Shown in pieces: positions 1 to 10,071 of a stretch of 64,000 bases of DNA (positions within the stretch are counted from its first letter, which is position 1; the number at the start of each line of letters is the position of its first letter). The notes beneath the pieces are model-generated. The model had not been told where the DNA came from. It made no database searches and saw only the letters and a program-made list of their open reading frames with translations. The DNA lies in contig CAWHCF010000025.1 of assembly GCA_963827655.1 (NCBI GenBank), forward strand, positions 32,001-96,000, given 5' to 3'. The position numbers and the translations under genes were made by a program. Origin of the DNA: an uncultured Acidobacteriota bacterium. Its GTDB lineage: Bacteria; Acidobacteriota; UBA6911.

Positions 1-49
1 TACGTTACCTCGTATAAGATGCCCTATCGAAGTCGCCCAAGTCCCCACG

Positions 50-207
50 GTCTCGGCAAAGTCACTGATTCCAAGAATGACAAATGATCAATGACCAATG
101 ATAGATGACCAATTCCGGATCGAGTGACTCCTCGCTCGATCCGGAATTTGTCATTTATCATTATTTATCATTGGTCATTGGTCATTTGTCATTTGATCAT
201 TTCGAAG
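50..207. repeat. ~160-bp palindromic element with AATGA(C/T)N heptamer arms; inverted copy at 16721-16855
   Basis: Arms AATGACAAATGATCAATGACC... and ...GGTCATTTGTCATTTGATCATT surround a hairpin at 111-148. Positions 50-84 match the reverse complement of 16821-16855 with 2 mismatches. Confidence 0.85.
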
Positions 208-317
208 GCGGGATCTTGCTCCCATCCCGGAGGTAGATCGAAAAATTGGAACAGCCGGCAAGACGGAACGTTAGACCCATTAGACGCTCCCATGCAACTC
301 GTATCACGGAGGCAAGT

Positions 318-1205
318 ATGAAAATCTCTTTGTGGAAGGGCAAAGCCAAATGGATAACGCTGGCTGCCCTCCTGGTTATGGTGGTCGTCGTCGCAGTCAC
401 CGTCGCTCAGACCGAAAGGCCCCGAGGAGCCACCCGGATCTATCTGAATGAGCCCGCTCCATATTTGGGGGTCGAGATCGAAGACGTGACGGCGGAAAAC
501 ATGTCCTCGTATAAACTGCCCTCGGAGCGCGGAGTGATTGTGCGTTCCGTCGAGAAGGAGAGCCCGGCAGGGTATGCGGACTTGAAGAACAACGACGTCA
601 TCGTGGAGTATGCAGGCACCCCGGTCTTCTCTGCCGCCCAACTGACCCGCCTGGTATCCGAGACCCCTCCAGGCCGCAAGGTGGATCTGGTCATCTCCCG
701 CGACGGGGCCAAGATGACTGTTACGGCAAAGATTGCGGAAGGAGACAGACACGGGATTTTTGGGGATAGAGGTCAGGTCAAGATCGCGCCTCGCAGCGGC
801 TCTTTTGCCGTTCCCGGCGGGCAAATGTTTCGATATTCCTTCCCGGAAGGCAAATTTGATCGGTTTGTCTATCAGGCGGAAAGAGAACGCACCCGGCTGG
901 GACTCACTCTGGAAGATTTGACCGATCAAATGGGTGAGTTCTTGGCGGTTCCGGGCAAGAAAGGCGCGCTGGTGACGTCCGTTTCCGCAGGGTCGCCCGC
1001 GTCTGCCGCAAACCTCAGAGCCGGGGATGTCATCGTGCGCGCCGACGAGGAGATTGTGGCCGATCCTCGAGATCTGATCCGCGCGGTCGAGCGCAGGGGT
1101 TCGGGCTCAAGAATAGACTTGAAGGTAATTCGAGATAAGAAGGAGATCACGGTCCCGGTCGATCTCCCCGGCGCCGAGAGGAAGACCCGCGGCTACAACC
1201 TTTAA
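318..1205 (+). CDS. Membrane-anchored/secreted tandem PDZ-domain protein (DegP-like PDZs, no protease domain)
   Basis: GGAGG RBS before ATG 318, hydrophobic N-terminus, and two PDZ motifs (YLGVEIEDV...SPA...LKNNDVI; RLGLTLEDL...SPA...LRAGDVI). Confidence 0.85.
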   Translation: MKISLWKGKAKWITLAALLVMVVVVAVTVAQTERPRGATRIYLNEPAPYLGVEIEDVTAENMSSYKLPSERGVIVRSVEKESPAGYADLKNNDVIVEYAGTPVFSAAQLTRLVSETPPGRKVDLVISRDGAKMTVTAKIAEGDRHGIFGDRGQVKIAPRSGSFAVPGGQMFRYSFPEGKFDRFVYQAERERTRLGLTLEDLTDQMGEFLAVPGKKGALVTSVSAGSPASAANLRAGDVIVRADEEIVADPRDLIRAVERRGSGSRIDLKVIRDKKEITVPVDLPGAERKTRGYNL

Positions 1206-1208
1206 GAG

Positions 1209-2897
1209 TCACTGATTCTTGATCGAATAGATCAGTCCCTGGACCCGGTCGTTCTCCAGTCGCTCGCGCTCCCGCGCGCGCAATTCTTCGTAGCGCTTGA
1301 GGGCCGCCGCCGCGCCGGCCGTATCGCCGCTCTGCCGGCAGAGGCGAACCTGCAGGAAATACCCTTCCGACATCTCGGGATCGAGCTCGAGCGCCCGCCT
1401 AAGGCGCTCCCCGGCGCCGGCAAAATCATTCGCGTCAGCCGCCAGTTTTGCGCGCTGGTAATGTCCCGCCGCCAGCTTGGGATTGAGTTCGAGGGCTTTG
1501 TCCAGGAAGCCGGCAACCCGCGGGTCATCCGTGCGACCGGCCTTCATCAAAGACACCGCCGATTGATAATAAAGCAGGCTATCCCCCGGGCTGAGGGCGA
1601 TCCCCCGGGAAAAGGCATTGACGGCGTCGTCGAACCGCCCGGCTTCGAAATAGGAGTTTCCCAGGTAATGGTAGATCACCGCGTCATTCGGATACCGGAC
1701 CAGCAGTTCACCAAGGGTTTGCTGGGCCTTCTCCATCTGGCCCCGCAGCTGAAATGTCGTACCAAGGGCCAGGCCCAGATTCCGGTTCTGCGGAAAGGCC
1801 TTGACACCCGACACGAAGACTATCTCGGCCAGGTCATAAGTACGGCGCCGGAGCGCCATCAATCCTAAATCGAGGACGTACGATGGGTTCGATGGATCCT
1901 GCCGGATGGCTTTTTGATACGCCTCGAAGGCCTCCTTCGGACGATCGAGCCGGTCATAGCCCTGGCCCAGAAGGTTATCGATTTCCGCGCTCGAGCTGCG
2001 CTCGTCTGCCGCCATTTTCTCGAGCACCGCGATTCCTTCCCGCCACCTCTCTGCCTTGTAGAGCGCAAGGGCGAGGTTGTAATGGGCCGCGTTCCGGTCG
2101 CGATAGGTGCGGGTGGCAATTTCAAGATGCCGGATGGCTTCTTTGAGTTGACCTGATTCGGCAGCCAGGGTTCCGAGATAGAAGTTCGCGGTTCCCTCGT
2201 TCGGGTCGGCGGCCACGGCATCGCGGAAAGACTTGAGCGCGGCGCTGCGTTCTCCCATTTTGAGCGCCGCCAGACCCCGTAAGCTGACCAGCGCAGGAGG
2301 CAGAGAGTTCTTGCGCGCGTAGGCGTCGAGCGTTGCCGAGACCCTGGAGTAATCTCCCTGAAGGAAGTAGGCCGACGCCAGATCGGCAAGCAGGACTGGA
2401 TGGGGATTGATGGCGCGAACTTTTTCCAGATGGCGAACCGCGAGGTCTGTGCTTCCTCGCCTGACGCACACCGCGCCGGCCGCCCGGTGGATTTCCAGCG
2501 GAACGTCGGGAAGCTCAACCAGCTTTTGAAGCCACTTCACGGCCTCCGGCTTGCGCCGTAATTGCAGGCAGGCGTCTACCAGCTCAGGTACGATCGCGGG
2601 ATCGCGGCGATTGAGATCGAAGGCGAGCTCCAGGTGCCGGACCCCTTCCTCCAGCTGGGCCGAGCGGCACAGGGCTGTTCCCAGCAGCGCCTGTAATCTT
2701 CCGGAATCCTTGTGGGACTCCAACCATGGCTTGAGAGAACTGGCAGCAGCGGAGAATTGCCCTTTTTCTATGAGGGCCGCCGCGGAGTTGAGAGCGGCTT
2801 CGAACCGGCCGGAGGGCGACTGAACCGCGGCAAGAGTGCTAAGAATGAGTAAAACAAATTGACGATTGACGATTGACGATTGACGATTGAACTGCAT
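1209..2897 (-). CDS. Tetratricopeptide repeat protein, probably exported
   Basis: Many TPR motifs (AHYNLALALY, YHYLGNSYFEAGRFDDA) and a signal-like N-terminus. Start is uncertain. Confidence 0.85.
   Translation of the reverse strand: MQFNRQSSIVNRQFVLLILSTLAAVQSPSGRFEAALNSAAALIEKGQFSAAASSLKPWLESHKDSGRLQALLGTALCRSAQLEEGVRHLELAFDLNRRDPAIVPELVDACLQLRRKPEAVKWLQKLVELPDVPLEIHRAAGAVCVRRGSTDLAVRHLEKVRAINPHPVLLADLASAYFLQGDYSRVSATLDAYARKNSLPPALVSLRGLAALKMGERSAALKSFRDAVAADPNEGTANFYLGTLAAESGQLKEAIRHLEIATRTYRDRNAAHYNLALALYKAERWREGIAVLEKMAADERSSSAEIDNLLGQGYDRLDRPKEAFEAYQKAIRQDPSNPSYVLDLGLMALRRRTYDLAEIVFVSGVKAFPQNRNLGLALGTTFQLRGQMEKAQQTLGELLVRYPNDAVIYHYLGNSYFEAGRFDDAVNAFSRGIALSPGDSLLYYQSAVSLMKAGRTDDPRVAGFLDKALELNPKLAAGHYQRAKLAADANDFAGAGERLRRALELDPEMSEGYFLQVRLCRQSGDTAGAAAALKRYEELRARERERLENDRVQGLIYSIKNQ
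2858..2890. repeat. Heptamer tandem repeat (ATTGACG)x4.7, with an inverted partial array at 2966-2986
   Basis: Read directly from the sequence. Confidence 0.9.
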
Positions 2898-2971
2898 CGT
2901 CCCCGGTTACCAGCCGACTTGCGTTCGTTGATCATCATTCTCGAGAGATAATCTTGCCACAACTACAATCG

Positions 2972-3334
2972 TCAATCGTCGTCAATAAGTCGTCGGCGGG
3001 CGTAGACTTCGAGGGCCTCTTCCACCCATCGGGCGCATGAGGGCGCGCTGAATTCTATCCGGAGCCGGCTTGCCATCGCCTCCAGTTCGGCTGCTGTCGA
3101 ACGGTAGGGGCGCAAGGCGTTGTAGATGTCGAGAATGACCGCATCCGGAACATGGACGAGTTCGGCCGCCCGGCGGAGATTCTCGGCCAGCTGGCGCCGT
3201 CCGGCGGCATCCGCGATTCCGGCCTGGTGGCGCAGGGTTTCCGGGGCGATGGAGAAATCGGCCATGTCGCCCCACCCGGAGACGACCCGGTCGAGTCGAA
3301 GCTCCTCCAGAGAAACTCCCGTCTTACTCTTCAC
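2972..3334 (-). CDS. pduE: B12-dependent diol/glycerol dehydratase small (gamma) subunit
   Basis: IAPETLRHQAGIADAAGRRQLAENLRRAAEL...ILDIYNALRPYRST is the PduE/DhaB3 signature; lies directly downstream of the large subunit. Confidence 0.92.
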   Translation of the reverse strand: MKSKTGVSLEELRLDRVVSGWGDMADFSIAPETLRHQAGIADAAGRRQLAENLRRAAELVHVPDAVILDIYNALRPYRSTAAELEAMASRLRIEFSAPSCARWVEEALEVYARRRLIDDD

Positions 3335-3369
3335 TTTCTAACTCAGCACTTTTAACTTTCTACTGTTAA

Positions 3370-5577
3370 TCAGCACTTTGACTTTCTACTGTTAGTAACG
3401 CAATCGGTCTCGTGCCGGTGCAGGATTGTGGTCTTCAGGATGTATTTCAGCCGGGCCATGTTGTCTACCGGGACCAGCAAAGGTTCGACCGGGCGTCCCA
3501 GAGCATATCCGGCCGCGTTGGCCCCGATGCGCCGGTAGTGTTCCAGGCTCAGCTGGGAAGCCTGCGAAAACAGTTCCAGGTTGTTCAACGGCAGCAGCCC
3601 GCGGCGGTGGATTACAGTCGTGCCCTTTGACTGGATTCCGATCGCAATGCCGGAGCCGCTTAGCCGCGACCCCTCGAAGGCGATCTGGCCGAGATCGGAC
3701 GTGTGGTAGACCTTAACCACCCTCCACGGCATCGCCAGCTGCGCCAGGCCGTCCAGTAATTCCCGCAATACCTCGCTCAGCGGCAGGTCGTTGACCGTGT
3801 AGTGAAGCCTGGTTCCGAACGCCGGCCCGACGGCCACGACAACCTCCGGGCCCGTGCCGGGAATGGCATCGCTGCATTCCTTCCACGGAAACGGGGGCGC
3901 GCGCCGGTCATCTAACGGCTGGCGCGGGTCATAGGCTTGAGGAAGATTCGCGATCTCGGCCCAGCGCTCGGCGCTCACCCGATATCCGGTACCGGGCCCG
4001 CGGTAGTCGTTGGCGTCATTTACCGCGCTGAGGATTCCGAAGTCAGGGGTCAGAATCGCGGCGGGTTGCAGGTAGTCGCCGGTCACGCGCTGGCGTTCGA
4101 TTTGCAGGATATTTCGGGCGACGTCTTCGAAACCCGCAGCGGCCAGGGCGCGAACGGCGTCCAGGGCGTTCGCTCGGCTGCCGAGGAATTGTTCGGCGGC
4201 CGCCAGGTCGGAGGCCATGTCTCGATCGGGCATATCGGGACTCGCATACTCCACTACGGCAGCCTCGATCTCGGCCGGCGTTATCGGCGGAAATCCAAAA
4301 CCCTCGAACACCACTCGCAATGCTTCGGCCGCGCGGCGCCGGACCGCGAGAACCTCCTCCTCGCTGACCGGACGCAAGCCCGCGTCAACCCTCATGTCGC
4401 GCTGCAGGACCAGGTAGTCGTCCAGGTCGTCCGAGTCGAAGTTGCCGCCGCCGAACATGTTGTCCTGTTTCGGAACCGCGCTGTAGCCGGAGTGAATGAA
4501 GTCCGTTCCCGGCAAGAACTGCAGCATGAGCTTGGCGGTTTTCCGAATCGTGGAGTGCGAGGCCATCGCGTCATTGCCGGTGGCGACTTCGAGATCCATC
4601 AGGGCGGCGAGCAGGTTTTCGGCGGCGACGCCAAGGACGCCCCCCGGCAGGGCTTCAGGCAGCGCGATGCAGCTTATGGACCCGTTTTGCACCCCCTGGC
4701 TTCCAGCGCCCTTGGTCACGAGAAGACAGCGAGCTTCGAGGTAGAGCATGGAATGCCCGTACGCGTGCGCCATGAGAGCCTCGGAGCCCGTGCCGCTGGT
4801 GAACCGGATCTTGACGCCCCGAGACGCATAAGCCGCCGCCAGAAACCCTTTGGACCACGGCGTGTCGTCGCCGTCCACGAATGCCGGATCCGTTCCATAG
4901 ACCGAGAGCGTTTCGGCATAGGTCGTGAGACCTTTTATGGCCAGCGAGAGGCTCATCGCTTCCTCCACGGCGCACTGGGTGAGGACGCCGCCCCGCCCGG
5001 TCTGGGATCCGATCAGGACCGCCAGCGCGTTCCAGGGCGCGTAGCGGGCGACGCCGACCGTGGTTTCGATTTCGGCAAAGCCGCGCAAGGCCGCTTCGGC
5101 AGCGTCGGCCGCCAGAAGCGCAGGGGAGTCTTTGCGGTTGGTCACATGGGCCTGATTCGCGGGCGTCCGGCGGACGCGCATCTTCGACAGCGCCATCATG
5201 ATCTCGACCGCGTTGAGATGGCCCACAACTTCCACCAGCTTGGCCGCCGTCAGACCGCCCATGAGGCGCGCGAGCTTTTCCCGCGGCACGTTGATGTCGA
5301 CCAGCATTCGCGCCAGCTCGAGCGATGAGGTGGCCATCGCCTGCTCCGCGACCTCCAGATTGATCGCATGCCGGGCAATGAACGCGTCGATCATGTCGAA
5401 CGCTTCCCTGCCCCGGCCGTCCATTTCGACGATTTCCCCCCGCTCGATCCGCAGGCTTGGCTTCGGATCGGCGGGAGACCCCATCAGAATCAGTCCCGCC
5501 TCAGGCCACTCGTGGGCAAAGCTGTCCAGGTTGATTTCGCGTTTCGCCCGTTTGGCAAACCGACGCGACTGGGTCAT
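3370..5577 (-). CDS. pduC: B12-dependent diol/glycerol dehydratase, fused large (alpha) + medium (beta) subunits
   Basis: Alpha motifs NQAHVTN, ETTVGVARYAP, AETLSVYGT, DGDDTPWSK and DNMFGG, then in-frame beta motifs EVVVAVGPAFG, SGSGIAIGIQSKGTTVIH and LNNLELF. Confidence 0.95.
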   Translation of the reverse strand: MTQSRRFAKRAKREINLDSFAHEWPEAGLILMGSPADPKPSLRIERGEIVEMDGRGREAFDMIDAFIARHAINLEVAEQAMATSSLELARMLVDINVPREKLARLMGGLTAAKLVEVVGHLNAVEIMMALSKMRVRRTPANQAHVTNRKDSPALLAADAAEAALRGFAEIETTVGVARYAPWNALAVLIGSQTGRGGVLTQCAVEEAMSLSLAIKGLTTYAETLSVYGTDPAFVDGDDTPWSKGFLAAAYASRGVKIRFTSGTGSEALMAHAYGHSMLYLEARCLLVTKGAGSQGVQNGSISCIALPEALPGGVLGVAAENLLAALMDLEVATGNDAMASHSTIRKTAKLMLQFLPGTDFIHSGYSAVPKQDNMFGGGNFDSDDLDDYLVLQRDMRVDAGLRPVSEEEVLAVRRRAAEALRVVFEGFGFPPITPAEIEAAVVEYASPDMPDRDMASDLAAAEQFLGSRANALDAVRALAAAGFEDVARNILQIERQRVTGDYLQPAAILTPDFGILSAVNDANDYRGPGTGYRVSAERWAEIANLPQAYDPRQPLDDRRAPPFPWKECSDAIPGTGPEVVVAVGPAFGTRLHYTVNDLPLSEVLRELLDGLAQLAMPWRVVKVYHTSDLGQIAFEGSRLSGSGIAIGIQSKGTTVIHRRGLLPLNNLELFSQASQLSLEHYRRIGANAAGYALGRPVEPLLVPVDNMARLKYILKTTILHRHETDCVTNSRKSKC

Positions 5578-5580
5578 CTA

Positions 5581-5616
5581 ACCACCAAGACACGAAGACG
5601 CGAAGGAAACACAAAG
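5581..5616 (+). repeat. Copy of dispersed 8-bp-periodic REP-like repeat (consensus ~ACCACGAAGACACGAAGACGCGAAGAAACACCAAG)
   Basis: ACCACCAAGACACGAAGACGCGAAGGAAACACAAAG; similar copies at 7 or more other intergenic loci. Confidence 0.85.
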
Positions 5617-5636
5617 ACAACTTCCTCGCGTGAGGT

Positions 5637-6611
5637 TCATGGCGTAGCGGAAGAACGAGACAGTTGTTCGAGGGTCTTTTTTACTTGGGTGGCCTGAGGG
5701 GCCTCGGGGTTTTCCTGCAGAAACGCGGTCAACTGCGCTGCCGCATTGGGCATCTCGCCGCGTTTGAGATAGAGGTTGGCCAGCTCCAGCCGGATCGGAT
5801 GCGTGTGATCGAAATCGAGCTCGAGCGCCTTCTTGAGATAACTCTCGGCCACTTGAAGCGAATTGAGCTGATAGTAGGCGACGCCGAGCTGAAAGAATCC
5901 GAGGGCGGATTTGAAATCACACGCAAGGCCCGCCCTGAGGAACTCGATCGCGCCCAGGTGATCGCCCGATTCATTGAGCAGCTTGCCGAGATTGAAAAAA
6001 GCATGAGAATAGCAGGTGTCCAGCTGAGTGGCTTTCAAGAAAGCCTGGGCGGCTTCCTGCCGCCGGCCCAGAAGGTAGAGATTGATGCCGAGCTGGTTGT
6101 GGGCCGGGCTGAAATTCGGCTCCTGCTCCAGGACTGTCCGGAGACTTCGCACGCTCTTCTCGTATTGGCCTTCGTTGCTGCTTCGCAGCGCGCGCTCGAA
6201 CTCCTGCTGGGCCTTGCGGGGCAAGCGAAGATAAGCCAGGTCCACGGTGGAACCTGTCGCCGCATTCGTGGTTTTGGGGTCACGCTCGCTTCGTATGAAA
6301 AGACTTACATGATAGACCTGGTTTTGCGTGTTCATGGCCACGAGTTCGCGGATGGGAGGATGGCGCTCCAGATTCGCGACCACTTCGTAGCGCCCCTTGG
6401 TCAGCCCTCGAAACCGGAACTTTCCGGTATCGTCGGTTCGAGTCTGTCCCACGGATGAGCCGTCCTTATACAGCGACACTGTGACGGCATTGACGGAGAC
6501 TCCCGCCGCCTCGCTGATCAGGTTACCCTGGATAACGAAGTTCCCGACTCCCAGCGAATCCTGGTACGCAGTCCAGCCGAGAATCAAGGCAAGGGCAAGT
6601 GCAGTGGTCAT
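5637..6611 (-). CDS. Carboxypeptidase-regulatory-like domain + TPR protein
   Basis: Signal peptide, TRTDDTGKFRFRGLTKGRYEV beta-sandwich motif, then TPRs (AHNQLGINLY, AFFNLGKLL). Confidence 0.85.
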   Translation of the reverse strand: MTTALALALILGWTAYQDSLGVGNFVIQGNLISEAAGVSVNAVTVSLYKDGSSVGQTRTDDTGKFRFRGLTKGRYEVVANLERHPPIRELVAMNTQNQVYHVSLFIRSERDPKTTNAATGSTVDLAYLRLPRKAQQEFERALRSSNEGQYEKSVRSLRTVLEQEPNFSPAHNQLGINLYLLGRRQEAAQAFLKATQLDTCYSHAFFNLGKLLNESGDHLGAIEFLRAGLACDFKSALGFFQLGVAYYQLNSLQVAESYLKKALELDFDHTHPIRLELANLYLKRGEMPNAAAQLTAFLQENPEAPQATQVKKTLEQLSRSSATP

Positions 6612-6682
6612 TGCGGGTCAGGCGTCTCCGCGCCCTGGCGGCAAATTAGCCGCCAGGGCGCGACGAACGCCGCCACGAGCTG

Positions 6683-9600
6683 CTAGAACTGATACCGCAG
6701 CGCGAACTGGATCTGGCGGCCACGGTTTCGCGTGTCCGTGATCAGTCCGAAGTTCGCCGTCCCCCATGCAGTGTTGGGGTTCTGAAATGACGGTGTGTTG
6801 GTGAAGTTGAAGAACTCCGCGCGGAACTGGATCCGCTGACTCTCGGTGATCTCGAAGTTCTTCAAGATGGACAGGTCGAGCTGAGTCCAGCCCGGACCGT
6901 GCAGGTACGACTGACCGATTGTCCCGAAGGTGCCGTCGGCCGGAGCCTTGAACGCGGCTGTGTCCAGATACAGCTCCTTGCGGTTGCTGTCCTCGATGAT
7001 CGGATCGACTCCATCAATCGGATCGGGCCGGACCGTCGCGCCGCAGCCGCAGTTGCGGACCGCCGACGTGATCGAGAACGGGTACCCGCTCTGGATGAAG
7101 AAGTTCCCGATGGTCTGCCAGCCACCGAAGAGGGCTTTCGACGCCCCGGTCAGATTGTTTCCTGGAAGCTCCCAGATCCAGGTCGTGACCAAACGATGCG
7201 GGATGTCAAACTCCGCCAGACCACGTTCGAGCGCGCGGTTGTTGATGTCGCGGATGCCCTGCCCCGAGCCGCCCAGCGTGTGGCCGTAGTCGTTCAGCCC
7301 CTTGCTGAAGGTGTACGCGGTCATGAACTGAAACCCTTTCGAGAAGCGCCGCTCGACCTTGACCGACGCTCCGTGGTAAATGCTGTTCCCCATCCCGGAG
7401 GCCGAGATCAGACCGGTGTTGAGAAACGGGAACATCCGCCGCGCGGCGACGGGCGCTGCCGGATCGGGGCTGTGGGCCGGGGTGTTGCGGTCCCAGAGCA
7501 CGATCAGCTTCGACCCCTTCGAGCCGATGTAAGCGAGCTCGACCGTGGTGTCGAAACCGATCTCGCGCTGAAACGCCATGTTCCACTGCTGCACGTAGCT
7601 GATCCGCGTATCAGGATCCGCTTCCCGCAACTGCGGCGCTGACGGACGCGAAAGCATGTCGAGCGGGAAACCCTGGCTGAGGTGCGGCATTTGCGGAATG
7701 GGGGTGAAGGCATTCGGCTTGTTCAGGAACGCCACCACCGAGAACGGCAGATTGTAGCCCCGGTTCGGGTTTCCACCCTGCGGCTCCTCGCCGCCGAAGA
7801 ATACACCATAGGCGGACCGCAGCACGCTTTTGTCGCTGAATGCGTAAGCAAAGCCGACCCTGGGAGCGACATTGTTTTTGTCCCAGGGAATCAGCCACTT
7901 CGACGCCGTGCGGTTGACCGCGATCTGGCTGGGAAACACGTCCGGCAAAGGATCATTGCGCCCCTCGGGGATGTCGAGCGTCACGGTCGACATGTTGAAA
8001 TTCGACTGCGCGCCGTACTTCTCCCCGATCGGCGAGACCAGCTCGTAGCGGACCCCGAGGTTCAAGGTCAACTTCGAAGTCGCCTTCCAGTCATCCTGGA
8101 AATAGCTGTTGTACGACCTCCGCTGGCTGCCGATGTACTTCACGTTCGACATGCGCGCGGTCCCAACGAACCCGAGGAGCATGTCAGCGACGCCGAATCC
8201 GCCTTGCCCGGTTTCTGTGTTCCTCGAGAAGTCGCGGTTGATGTTGTCCAGGCTGCCCCTGGGATACGGCGGCTGCAGGAACGGGAACTCGATGTGCCGG
8301 TACTCGAATCCCATCTTCAATGTGTGCCGGCCGCGGACGAGGCTCAGGTTGTCCATCATGGTCCAGACGTTCGAGAACTCATCGGACGGCAGCCACTCGG
8401 GCGCGCCGATCGCGCTGATGTCCGTGATATTGATGAACGGCAACCCGCCGAGGCCCGGCTCGAAGTTGACGCCGGGAAACCCGACCTCCTGAGCCACGTT
8501 GATGTCTTGGTCCTTCGAGAAGCGCCCCGTATTCAGCCGCGTGAATCCGATGCGCACCTCGTTGATGGTCCGGGGAGTGAAGATGTGGTTCCAGTTGATT
8601 ACCGCGCTCTTGCCGTTATTGAACTGCGTCCCCGAGAAGAATCCGCCGCCGTCGGCGTAGCCGGGAAACAATGGCGGAAGCAAAATGTCCTGGTTCGATT
8701 CGCTGTAGCGCCCGAAGATCGTGTCGTTCGAACCGATCCTCTGGTCAATGCGGACATCCCACTGATTCACGTCATCCTCGTGGTTGTTCACCGACCGGTA
8801 GTTGTTGGCCCGGTAAACATCACCCCCCTCGTTGGGCGCGGGAATCAGGTCCAGTATCTTCTTCCCGAGTGGGTCGAAGCGATTGGCCGGGATGACGTTC
8901 CCAGCGAACGCCGGGCGATTGGCCTGGATCTCGCCGTTTGCACCCGGATCGTAGATGATGTTGGAGATCTCGCTGAAGTTCCCGTTTTTCATTCGCGTGG
9001 ACGGCACGGTCCCGAAGCGGGTACGAAGTTCCCGGCTGCGGAAGCCCTGGTAGTCGAAGAAGAAGAAAGTCCGGTCCTTCACGATCGGGCCGCCGATTGT
9101 GCCGCCGAACTGGTTCATCTTGAATGGGTTCTTGCCCGCGTCGAAGAAATTGCGCGCGTCGAGCGACGAGTTGCGCAGATACTCGAACAGGGTGCCGTGA
9201 AAGGCGTTCGTACCACCCTCGGATAGTGGCGTTGACGACGCCACCGGCGCCTCGTCCGAACTCGGCTGAAAACGCGTTGGTCTGGATCTTGAATTCCTCG
9301 ATCGCGTCGACCGAGGGGCCGACGACGAACGCCGAGCCGTTCAGGAAGTCGATCACGTTGACGTTGTTGTCGATGCCGTCGAGCAGGTAGTTGTTCTGCC
9401 CGCTCGAGCGGACGCCGTTGGCCGAGAAGTTGCCGCCGACGACCAGGCTGAGGCTGCCCGCCGTTCCGGTGCGGTCGTCACCGCCCGCAGGGATCACGCC
9501 CGGCACGATCGCGGCAAGCCGCGCGAAGTTGCGCGCCGTTAAGAGGAAGCTCGGTGATCGTCTTGCTGTCGACCACGTGGCCGAGTGAAGAGGTCTCCGA

Positions 9601-9981
9601 CTGCGTCTTGATCGCCTCGCCGGTGACCTCGACCGTTTCCGATACGTTGCCGACTTCAAGCGTGAAATCGACCTTGATCCGGTCTTGTACGTTGAGCCTG
9701 ATCGCGGTCCTTGTCTGTTTCTTGAACCCCGTAAGCTCTGCCGCGACCTCGTAGGTCCCGGTCCTGAGAAGCGGGGCGGCATAGTTTCCGGTCGCATCGG
9801 TCACGGTGGAGAACGGTTGGTTCGTCTCCACGTTGCGCATCGTGATCGACACTCCTGGAATGACGCCTCCGCTGCTATCGGTCACGGTCCCGACGATCGT
9901 GCCCGTGTCGCGCTGCGCGAACAGTAATGACGCAGGCAACACGAAAAGTGTAAGGATGGTTAACATCCCGAGTTTCTTCAT
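6683..9981 (-). CDS. TonB-dependent receptor (Oar-like, Acidobacteria type), split by two frameshifts (~9535, ~9220)
   Basis: ORFs 9478-9981, 8820-9797 and 6683-9244 join into signal + CarboxypepD_reg + plug (LPLNG/RNF, SVDAIEEFKIQT) + barrel ending RQIQFALRYQF. GGAGGAG RBS. Confidence 0.9.
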
Positions 9982-10071
9982 TTAATCTCCTCCAGTGAGA
10001 TCTTGAGCACTCGCGGTTTCCCTTCCCGAATGCATGAGGGCAAAAAGCCAAAGACGCCAGGATTTACTTTC

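Noticed and set aside
3937-5328. Long antisense ORFs (also 7682-9226, 10192-11265, 30582-31790, 34721-35893, 42301-43914, 56596-58203)
   Set aside because: Shadow frames of well-supported genes in high-GC DNA, with no recognisable motifs.
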